A stretch of 40,683 bases of DNA. Origin: Gemmatimonadota bacterium (GTDB taxonomy: Bacteria; Gemmatimonadota; Gemmatimonadetes; Gemmatimonadales; Gemmatimonadaceae). Below the pieces are notes generated by a model, which ran no database searches, was not told where the DNA came from, and was given only the letters and a program-made list of their open reading frames with translations. Shown piece by piece: positions 1 to 7,722 of the stretch. Made by a program: the position numbers and the translations under genes. Location: the NCBI GenBank assembly GCA_040389905.1, contig JAZJZK010000024.1, forward strand, positions 1 to 40,683. The letters run 5' to 3'. Numbering within the stretch: the stretch's first letter is position 1; the number at the start of each line of letters is the position of its first letter.

Positions 1-186
1 TGAGGCTCTCACCACACCTTCCGGCTTCCCCCGCACTGAGGGCATGCCGTCAGTATAGATTATCGAACCCACTCGAAGGACTTATCGGCTCAAAAACGTT
101 ACTCTCCGTCCCTGCACTGAATGCCGATCGTTCGAGGAGGCAATCTACGACTCGTCGCAGGGCGGGTCAATCAAAAGGAGTGTTCG

Positions 187-369
187 ATGGACTGGGGAAT
201 CGTCGCCGCAATCGTCATGTTGTTCGCGTGGGCCGTCGCGGCACTTGTACTGGAAGGTCCTGGCTACGTCCACCTGCTGCTGACCCTGGGTGTGTCGCTG
301 CTGATCTACCGAATCGTCGCGCGCGGTTCGATCAAGGAGCACGTTACCGAGGCACCGAAACGGAAGTAG
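187..369 (+). CDS. Small membrane protein (DUF5670/lmo0937-like)
   Basis: AAGGAG RBS at 175-180 precedes ATG at 187; 60 aa with two hydrophobic helices and a 'YVHLLL' motif resembling this family. Confidence 0.7.
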   Translation: MDWGIVAAIVMLFAWAVAALVLEGPGYVHLLLTLGVSLLIYRIVARGSIKEHVTEAPKRK

Positions 370-1380
370 TCAGAATCCCGTTTGTGGTCCTGAGGTTCTT
401 CCCTTCTTGCCGAGGAGAACCCAGGAATGGCCTGCGCCGGCTCGTGGTGTAGCACGATTGGCCATATAGTAGTCGTTCGCGCGGTGCGCTATGCGCTCCA
501 CGTTCGGCGACGCACCGAACCAGTGGTGTTGAAAGTATTCCGTATTGTTTACGTCGCCGTACGTGCCCTGATACGCCAGGCAATAGTTGCCGATGCGCGC
601 AACAAGCGGCTTGATTCGCTCGCGCAATGCGACGGGCGTCTCACTCAGTGACCATGTCGCCCAGAATACTGCGGCCGCGTCCGGCGGTATGGTCGCAACG
701 AATGCTTCCAGGTCGCTCAGCTCGCTCGTCGCCACGACGCGGTGTGAGTCGCGCGTCATGATGCCGGCCTCGGCGAGATAGTACTGTTGCAGTAGCGTGA
801 AGGGTGGCAGGTCGAGGATCCAGTAACGGCCGCTGAACCCCAAGGTGTGCATGACGCGACACAGGCCGCCGAATCCTCCACCGAATTCGACGACGACATC
901 CCAGTCCTCGACGCGACGGCCGCTCAGCAGCTCGAGTCGCATCACGTGATACACCGTCTGGATCAGGACTTCGCTGCTGTCCCGATACTGCCAATACCGA
1001 TGCGGGCGCCCGATCTCCACTTCGCGAATGGCCGGTCGCCATCTGGATGCCCAGTCGGCGCTGGCCTTGAGCGCCGCCAGTTCGTCCGCGGTGGCCGGCG
1101 AATTCACATGAGCCATGCGCGCCTCGATCACGTCCCACCGCTGAAAGGCGCGCGGATCGGCGGAGGCGCCCAAGTCGCGCAGGCGGTTCATTGCGCTATT
1201 CCAGTCCGCCGCGTTGGGCGGTACTCCCGTGACCGGTGCAACGGGCAACCGCCTGAACTTTTCCTTGAAATTCGCGATCTTCGCGCGCTCATGTTCCGCG
1301 AGGCGAGGCAGCCCTGCTTCCGCGGCACGAAGTGCGCGCCAGCGATTCCAGTGAAAGTGAAGTGAATCGAACGGGAACAT
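370..1380 (-). CDS. Putative SAM-dependent (sugar O-)methyltransferase
   Basis: SAM-binding motif I 'VVEFGGGFGG', then 'YWILDLP' and 'ATWSLSETP'. Start chosen at ATG 1380 (MFPFDS); exact start uncertain. Confidence 0.65.
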   Translation of the reverse strand: MFPFDSLHFHWNRWRALRAAEAGLPRLAEHERAKIANFKEKFRRLPVAPVTGVPPNAADWNSAMNRLRDLGASADPRAFQRWDVIEARMAHVNSPATADELAALKASADWASRWRPAIREVEIGRPHRYWQYRDSSEVLIQTVYHVMRLELLSGRRVEDWDVVVEFGGGFGGLCRVMHTLGFSGRYWILDLPPFTLLQQYYLAEAGIMTRDSHRVVATSELSDLEAFVATIPPDAAAVFWATWSLSETPVALRERIKPLVARIGNYCLAYQGTYGDVNNTEYFQHHWFGASPNVERIAHRANDYYMANRATPRAGAGHSWVLLGKKGRTSGPQTGF

Positions 1381-1463
1381 GGCGCTGGCGAGTGATGGAC
1401 CGCTGAAGCCGTTAGAGTATCGCGTTTTCTGCCGGCGCGCCACGGACGTCACCGGAAAAAACA

Positions 1464-1493
1464 ATGCGGCGCGCTGAATTCAGCGCGCCGCAT
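1464..1493 (-). terminator. Intrinsic terminator of the pilin gene
   Basis: Perfect 30-bp palindrome ATGCGGCGCGCTGAATTCAGCGCGCCGCAT followed on the minus strand by TGTTTTTT, 20 bp after the pilin stop. Confidence 0.8.
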
Positions 1494-1513
1494 CGTCCCC
1501 GCCCGTCACCCCG

Positions 1514-1903
1514 TTACTTGCAGGCCGGCTCCCCGTCGCCGGCGGTGCTGACGATTGGATTCGTCGTGTTCACGCCGATGCCGCAGGAAAAGGACGCGAT
1601 CTGCGTGTGCGTGATGGTGGCCGTCCAGTATCCCGAGCCCGGGACGATCACGGGATCGCCGACACCGGTGGATGGCTTGAACTTGAGCTTCGTCGTGTCA
1701 TAGGTGACGTACTTCGTCGAATCCGCGAAGAAGGATTCCTCGGCAGTGACGAGGTTGCGAAGATCCGACTTCATCGCCGCGATGTACGCCTTCGATTTGG
1801 TGTTCGCGAATTTCGGGATCGCGATCGCTGCGAGGATGCCGATGATCACGACGACGATCAGCAGTTCGATCAGGGTAAAGCCACGGCGCGTTGAGGTCTT
1901 CAA
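1514..1903 (-). CDS. Type IV major pilin (PilA/PilE-like)
   Basis: GGAG RBS and TTG start; basic leader KTSTRRG|FTLIELLIVVVIIGILAAIAIP with Glu5; C-terminal Cys pair; 129 aa; own terminator. Confidence 0.92.
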   Translation of the reverse strand: MKTSTRRGFTLIELLIVVVIIGILAAIAIPKFANTKSKAYIAAMKSDLRNLVTAEESFFADSTKYVTYDTTKLKFKPSTGVGDPVIVPGSGYWTATITHTQIASFSCGIGVNTTNPIVSTAGDGEPACK

Positions 1904-2055
1904 GGGAGGTTCTCCAGGTAGAACTGGTCTTTCGATGCGGCCGGTCGACGACTTCGTCGGGCCAGGCGAGTGCGGATGGGGCTTGTTCGCGACGTCCGGC
2001 GAACAGAACGGTAACCCATCATTGCAAGGACCACTAGCCGAAAAAAGCGTCACAT

Positions 2056-2071
2056 TGTGATACCAATCACC
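2056..2071. promoter_or_regulatory. CRP/FNR-family-like operator upstream of the pilin
   Basis: TGTGA-taccaa-TCACC matches 9 of 10 positions of TGTGA-N6-TCACA; intergenic, about 150 bp upstream of the pilin start. Confidence 0.4.
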
Positions 2072-2174
2072 AAATGCCGCGACCGCCGTAACCCGATGTT
2101 TATCATGGACTTCTGCATTCATGATTTTTTCATCGTGATAGTGAGTGGCCTTCAGCGACCGCTCGATCCGCGCG

Positions 2175-3149
2175 CTAGATCTCCCAGTTCGACAGCAGGA
2201 TGCCCGCGCGGTCCGCCGGCTCCTCGTGCCCGTCGAGCGACATGCGGAGATCCGTCCACCGCACTCGCCCACCCATCGCGATCAGCCGGCGATACGCGGC
2301 GCCGTATTCGCCCTGCACTCGAAACGCGACGCGCCGCGTACCACTCCGCCGAGCATAGTCGCAGAGCGCGCGCGTCATGGTCTCCAGCGCCCCGCTATCG
2401 GCAACGAGAAGCTTGAGGACGCGGAGTTCCTCCCGCGTCCGCCCTTCCACCAGCGGCGCCGTGTGACACAGCGCGAAGCCGACAACCTCGCCACGCTCGC
2501 GCAGAATGACGGTGTCGCCAAGCGACAGCGCGTCGGTAATCTCCATCTCGCGCGTGAAGTCGTAGCCCGGCGCGATATTCTCGACCAGCGCGCGAATCGC
2601 CTGAAGGGCATCGTCGCGGTCGCGCAAGCTCAGACGCCCGAGGAGATCGGGACCGCGATCGCCCGCCACTGCATCCAGCGTCACCGTCACCGTCAGCCGG
2701 CCAGGCGTGAAGCCCAACCGCGAGTAGAAGCCGATGTTGTCCATCGTACGCGGCATCGTCTCCAGACCAATCACACGCGCGTGGTTGTCACGCAACCAGT
2801 CGATGCCGCGCTCCACCACCGCCTTCCCTACCCCGCTCCCTTGATACTGCGTGCGGACGGCGAGGGGCCCCATCCAGCCTTCGACGCCGGAACGATGCAC
2901 CATGTTGAACGCCGCGATCTCACCACGGCCGTCGCGCCAGATCATCGCACCCGCAGCCGCGTCTTCGATCGCGTACCGCCAGATTTGCGGGTTGAGGTTC
3001 GGCACGCGGACGCCCACCATGCCATCGCGACGATAGCGCTCGGTGAATGCGTCGCTGAACACCTCGTTCAAGGCGGAAATGTCTTCTACACGCGCGCGGA
3101 ACGGTCCGGAGATCTGTGCCTGCGGACGCCAACTACGCGCGCCGGCCAT
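2175..3149 (-). CDS. GNAT family N-acetyltransferase (two-domain)
   Basis: Acetyl-CoA motif A 'LAVRTQYQGSGVGK' and 'NIGFYSRLGF'; second GNAT-like half; ATG overlaps the sbcC stop (TGATG). Confidence 0.85.
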   Translation of the reverse strand: MAGARSWRPQAQISGPFRARVEDISALNEVFSDAFTERYRRDGMVGVRVPNLNPQIWRYAIEDAAAGAMIWRDGRGEIAAFNMVHRSGVEGWMGPLAVRTQYQGSGVGKAVVERGIDWLRDNHARVIGLETMPRTMDNIGFYSRLGFTPGRLTVTVTLDAVAGDRGPDLLGRLSLRDRDDALQAIRALVENIAPGYDFTREMEITDALSLGDTVILRERGEVVGFALCHTAPLVEGRTREELRVLKLLVADSGALETMTRALCDYARRSGTRRVAFRVQGEYGAAYRRLIAMGGRVRWTDLRMSLDGHEEPADRAGILLSNWEI

Positions 3150-5599
3150 CAGTCCAGCCCTTCGACGTGGCCGACCAGCGGCTCCTGACTCATCTCGCCG
3201 GGCTCGGACTGCGTGACGACACTCCGTCCGGCCGTCTCGTCATACGCCACGTCGATCACGTGGTCGAGGCCCTCGCGCAACTCGTCGATGTGCGTGATGA
3301 AGATGACCTGTTCGAACCGGTCGTGCAGCCCGCGGAGGAGCTCCACCACGTTGCGCCTCCGCATTTCGTCCAGCGAGCCGAACACCTCGTCCAGAATCAG
3401 CAGCGAGAAACTCTGCCCGGCGCGCTCGGCGATCATCTGCGAGATCGCGAGACGGAGGCAGAGATTCGCGACATCCTGCTCGCCACCCGAGATGACGGGC
3501 TTCGGATCGAACCCTTCGTGGATGGTGAGGTTATAGCTGTCGTCCAACTCGAGCAACCGATACCGGCCATCGGTGAGATCGGCGAGAAAGCTGCTGGCAA
3601 GGTCGCTCATTTCCGGCCGGAGCGTGCCGTTGAGATCCGTTCGAATATCGGTCGACGCGCGATCGAGCTCGTCGTGCAAGCGGCGGTCGCGATCGAGTGC
3701 ATCGAGCTGAATGCGAACCCGCCGAAGCTCCTCGCGCGATTGCTCGGCCCGAGTTACTGCAGCCTGCGCCGCAGCGGCCTCTCCCGACGCCGCCACCGCG
3801 TCGAGCTCCGCAGAGCGGAGCTCGGCCGTTGCCGCATCGTGGAGCGCGCGCAGTTCCGTGAAACTCCGCTCCGAGAAGGCGAGCACATCGCGACGGGCAG
3901 CGAGCGTTGCCACCTTCGCCTGTGCATTCGCCACGCCGGCGGCCGCACGCTCCCGTTCCGACTCCAATATCCGGCGCCGTTCCACCTGCGTGGCGAGTCG
4001 CGTGGCGCGCGCGTCGAGTGCGCGCAACCTGTCGATCTCCCGGCGCGCCGCGGCATGACGCACGGCATCGTAACCGCCAGGAATTCCCTCGCGTTCCTTG
4101 CGCACCTGGTCGAGCCGTTGCTCGCGGGCGTGCAGGTCTCGCGTGAGTCCCGTCAGCTCCTGCACCGCAAGCTGCACCTTCGTGAGCCGCCGCTCGAGCC
4201 GGCCGACCTCCTCGAAACTCGCACGACGACGCTCATCCAACTCGTGCACATCGCTCGGCATGTTCTCGAGTTGTTCGATGCGCGAGTTGTAGTACTTCCC
4301 GTCGGCGACGAGGTTGTCCATCTGCTCATCAAAGTGATCGAGGACCGACCGATAGTGATCGTGGAGCGCGCGCTCGCAGATGGGACAGGTGCCATCTTCG
4401 CCCGCGGCGACCAGGCGGTCGCGCGCTTCCTTCACCTCCGTGTACTGCTCGCGCAGCGACGCGCGCTTGGTCTCGGCCTCCTGACGATCGCGAACCCATT
4501 CGGTGCGCTTGGCTTCGAGCTCGCCCTCCACCAACTCCAGCATTGCGCGCTGTTGTTCGAGTTCAACCGTGGCGACCTCCTCGAGCGTCGGCGCGGTTTC
4601 GATTCGCGCGCGACGTTCGCGCAACCGGCGCACTTCCTCCTCCAGGCTGCGCTCCGTGTCGAGCAACGCGTTGCGGCGGCCTTCATCGCGGCCAAGGGCG
4701 TCGAGTGCATTCAGCTCTTCACTGAGCGACGCCAAGGGTTGGAGCTCCTCGGCGAGCCGCTCGAGCTCTTCCTCGGCGGCGAGCACTTCGGTGAGTTCGC
4801 GGCCGATACGCTCGGTGTCGCGCGCGTACGCCGCGACCTCGCTCTCGACAACGCGGAGCTCCGAGAGCGCTTCCTGGAGTTGCTCTCGTTCCCGTTGGGC
4901 GGACACCCAACGCGGCCCGATATCCGCCATTGCCGCGAGGGCGCGATCCAAACGCGCGGCGCTCGCCGACGCGAGCCTGGTCGCCTGGTCGAGCCGGGCC
5001 GTCGCCGCATCAAGCGTGCGCTCCACGCTCGTGCTGTCGGGCAGGTTGGCACGCGCGCCCGCCGCCTCGGCGCCGATCATGCGCGAGCGATCCTTCACCA
5101 GGCGCTGCGCCACCCGAAGGCGTTCGTACCCTAGGACGCGGCTCAGGAACTGCGCGCGCTCGCCCGGCGCCATCGCCGCCATCACATCGAGCTCCTTCTG
5201 CCCCGTGAAGTACGTATTGAAAAACTCGTCGCGGCTCATGCCGAGCCGCCGGCGCAGCATCTCCGTTACGCCCGTCAGCGTGTTGGCGACGGGCGCTTCC
5301 GATCCGTCGAGATAGAGCTCTGCATTCGTGAGGCCGCGGTCGACGCGATAGCGATGTCCGCCCAGCTCGAAGTCCAACTCGACTTTGACGCGCGCGCCGG
5401 CGCCCGCGCGCAGGGAACGGATCGTCTCCTTCTTGCCGCGCGCCGCATCCTGCCCGTACAACGCCCACGCGATTCCCTCGAGGATCGTCGTCTTGCCCGA
5501 TCCGTTCGCACCGATGATGCCGGTGAGGCCCGTGTCGAACACAATCAGCGTATCGGCGTGTTGCCGAAAATTGCAGAGCCGGAGGCTGTTGATTCGCAT
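3149..5599 (-). CDS. sbcC: SbcC/Rad50 SMC-family ATPase
   Basis: Walker A GANGSGKTT, long coiled coil with central Zn-hook CPIC, signature ISGGE, Walker B LILDEVFGSLD, H-loop FITH. Confidence 0.93.
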   Translation of the reverse strand: MRINSLRLCNFRQHADTLIVFDTGLTGIIGANGSGKTTILEGIAWALYGQDAARGKKETIRSLRAGAGARVKVELDFELGGHRYRVDRGLTNAELYLDGSEAPVANTLTGVTEMLRRRLGMSRDEFFNTYFTGQKELDVMAAMAPGERAQFLSRVLGYERLRVAQRLVKDRSRMIGAEAAGARANLPDSTSVERTLDAATARLDQATRLASASAARLDRALAAMADIGPRWVSAQREREQLQEALSELRVVESEVAAYARDTERIGRELTEVLAAEEELERLAEELQPLASLSEELNALDALGRDEGRRNALLDTERSLEEEVRRLRERRARIETAPTLEEVATVELEQQRAMLELVEGELEAKRTEWVRDRQEAETKRASLREQYTEVKEARDRLVAAGEDGTCPICERALHDHYRSVLDHFDEQMDNLVADGKYYNSRIEQLENMPSDVHELDERRRASFEEVGRLERRLTKVQLAVQELTGLTRDLHAREQRLDQVRKEREGIPGGYDAVRHAAARREIDRLRALDARATRLATQVERRRILESERERAAAGVANAQAKVATLAARRDVLAFSERSFTELRALHDAATAELRSAELDAVAASGEAAAAQAAVTRAEQSREELRRVRIQLDALDRDRRLHDELDRASTDIRTDLNGTLRPEMSDLASSFLADLTDGRYRLLELDDSYNLTIHEGFDPKPVISGGEQDVANLCLRLAISQMIAERAGQSFSLLILDEVFGSLDEMRRRNVVELLRGLHDRFEQVIFITHIDELREGLDHVIDVAYDETAGRSVVTQSEPGEMSQEPLVGHVEGLD

Positions 5600-6798
5600 C
5601 AGCCCTCCAGCGCGTGCGGGATGGCCAGCGAATTCTCGCGGTCTTCGGCATCCTTCAGGTACTTCATGGCGAGCGTGATGAGCGCCTCGCGATCCACGTC
5701 GTTTGGTATCACGCGCTCGCGCAGCTTGTCCCGCACCAGGTCTTCGAGCGAGGCTCGACGGCCCGGCGCGCCGCTGCCGGTATTCCGGATCGTGTCCGGG
5801 CGATGCGTGTCGAGTTGAAAGTGGAGCGCGCGCTTGCGATAGTCGCGCAGCAACCGGTGATCGAGCTGGCGAGCGACATGACGCGGAACATCATAGACGG
5901 CGAGTCGCACGACCTTGTCGTCGATCCCGCCGCGAACGCCTTCGACCGCTTCGGCGATTGCTTCGTTCAGCTCCTCCGTCGTGAGTCCCTTTGCGGAGAT
6001 TGGGTCGAGATCGAGGAACTCGCGCGACGGCGGGAGATCGTGCGCAGTGTGTTCACCCGTTGCGAGGTCACGCTCGATGATGCGCTTGCGCTTGATCCCC
6101 AGCTCGCGCTCTTCCGCCTTTTCGCCCCACACGTTGGAGCTCGTGTAGTCCGTCGCGCCGGAGTAGTAGACGTTATCGCGGCGGTTGGGAGCCTTGTACA
6201 CGTGATAGTGGCCGAGCGCGATGTAGTCCCATTCGGTGCGGTGGAGATGTTCTTCGGGGATTTCGCGCCCTTCCATATCCTTGGGCCGCGCAAACTCCGG
6301 GTACTCTCCTTCGACTTCGCCGTGCAGCAACAACACATTCCACCTGCGCCCGCCGCTCGGCTTGAGTTCGGGCAACGGATGGTGGTTCTTCGCGACGGCG
6401 AGGATCGAAAGATCGAGCGAAGGAAACTCGATGACTTGGGCTTCTCCATCGACGACTTCGATTCCGAGTTGCTTGAACAGCCGGAGGATGCCGCTCGATT
6501 CCGTGGTTCGCGGCGTGTCGTGATTGCCCGCCACCATCACGACCTTTGCATCCGGCAGTGCGGCTCGCAGTCGCGAAAAGTGATAGAACGCCTGGACGAT
6601 GGCGGAGTTTGGCGGACGAACCTGATGAAAGACGTCGCCGGCGATGAGGACGAGCTCCGGCGCAATCTCGATGACCTTGTCGATCGCGTGCTTGAACGAT
6701 TGCGCGACGTCGGCCTCACGCTGATTGATGCCGCGCGACGTGAGCCGCTGATACTGGCGGAATCCGAGGTGCAGGTCGGAGAGATGGACGAGGCGCAG
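5599..6798 (-). CDS. sbcD: SbcD/Mre11 metallophosphoesterase nuclease
   Basis: The frame extends beyond the ORF-track start (6540) to CTG at 6798: LRLVHLSDLHLG...AGDVF...GNHD...LLHG...LGHYH, covering all five phosphoesterase motifs. Its stop overlaps the sbcC ATG. Confidence 0.92.
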   Translation of the reverse strand: MRLVHLSDLHLGFRQYQRLTSRGINQREADVAQSFKHAIDKVIEIAPELVLIAGDVFHQVRPPNSAIVQAFYHFSRLRAALPDAKVVMVAGNHDTPRTTESSGILRLFKQLGIEVVDGEAQVIEFPSLDLSILAVAKNHHPLPELKPSGGRRWNVLLLHGEVEGEYPEFARPKDMEGREIPEEHLHRTEWDYIALGHYHVYKAPNRRDNVYYSGATDYTSSNVWGEKAEERELGIKRKRIIERDLATGEHTAHDLPPSREFLDLDPISAKGLTTEELNEAIAEAVEGVRGGIDDKVVRLAVYDVPRHVARQLDHRLLRDYRKRALHFQLDTHRPDTIRNTGSGAPGRRASLEDLVRDKLRERVIPNDVDREALITLAMKYLKDAEDRENSLAIPHALEG

Positions 6799-6906
6799 AG
6801 CGGTCTGGTGCGAGAGCGGTTGGCTGCGGCTAACCAGTTGTGCCTACTCGATTTGGATACGTAGACCTTTCAAGTCTAGTCCACGGTATTCCGGGCGTCG
6901 AGTGCG

Positions 6907-7719
6907 TTATCGCTTCTCCAGCGTGCGTAACCGCTGCGTGACCTTCGTGATGAAACGCATGGGTGCAAGGCCCGACACGGTGGGCGGCACGACGAGTGAC
7001 CGCACGATCACGAGAAAGCGGGAATCGGTCATCCACCCACGCACACGATCGAGCTGCATGGAGCCGGAAATCGACCCGCTGATCTCGACGCCCTGACTCG
7101 CACTGTCGGGCACGATTTCGCCGTGCATCGAGACGTAGGCCACCGCGCCGTTCTTCCGCAGCGAATCGAGGCGAAAGGTCGCATGTGCGCGTCCTGATCC
7201 TTTTGCACCGAACGGCCCTCCCGACGGCAGGGGCATCTCTCGCGTCCACTGCTGTCCGACCGAGACGGCGTGCTTGGGAAATACCGCCGGCATCGATGCC
7301 ATGGCATCGGCGACCTCACGCTTCACGAGAGCCCCACGAATGTCACGCGCGCTCTCCACCGTTCCGTCGGCGCCCAGCTGGAGCAGCAACTGCTGCCCTT
7401 CGAGCGTGCGCTGCGCGTTCGCGGTCATCTCGCTCGCATGTGTGTCCGTGCTCGTCAGCCGCGCGGAATCCACGGTCGTCAGCACGGTCGCACTGCCCTT
7501 CTGAACCAGTCGCACCACAGTCTGCGAGTGGATCGTGACGGTGGACGACATCGATTTGGCCGGAGCGCTGGTATTGCCCGGCATCGTGACGGAGACGTCG
7601 GTTTGTTGCTCGAGCACGGTGTGCAGGGTGTCGCCAACACGCGGACTGATGCGCAGCATGACCGATTCCTGCGCGGACGCCGCATGCGCCAGTGTTGCGA
7701 GGAGAACGACGACGCGCAT
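6907..7719 (-). CDS. Secreted beta-rich hypothetical protein (DUF6263-like)
   Basis: Signal peptide MRVVVLLATLAHAASA|QE; 'FPKHAVSVGQQWT' motif; starts 3 bp after the herA stop. Confidence 0.7.
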   Translation of the reverse strand: MRVVVLLATLAHAASAQESVMLRISPRVGDTLHTVLEQQTDVSVTMPGNTSAPAKSMSSTVTIHSQTVVRLVQKGSATVLTTVDSARLTSTDTHASEMTANAQRTLEGQQLLLQLGADGTVESARDIRGALVKREVADAMASMPAVFPKHAVSVGQQWTREMPLPSGGPFGAKGSGRAHATFRLDSLRKNGAVAYVSMHGEIVPDSASQGVEISGSISGSMQLDRVRGWMTDSRFLVIVRSLVVPPTVSGLAPMRFITKVTQRLRTLEKR

Positions 7720-7722
7720 CCC

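Noticed and set aside
1..45. Possible start of a minus-strand CDS (MPSVRGKPEGVVRAS...) running off the window
   Set aside because: Only 15 codons are visible, with no RBS or recognisable motif.
1904..2272. ORF-track N-terminal extension of the pilin (252 aa)
   Set aside because: It overlaps the GNAT gene; the RBS, TTG start and short basic leader define the start at 1903.
3116..5134. 672-aa plus-strand ORF, and similar long antisense ORFs (5614-6864, 30473-32290, 33181-34782)
   Set aside because: These are shadow frames opposite well-supported genes in high-GC DNA, with no recognisable motifs.
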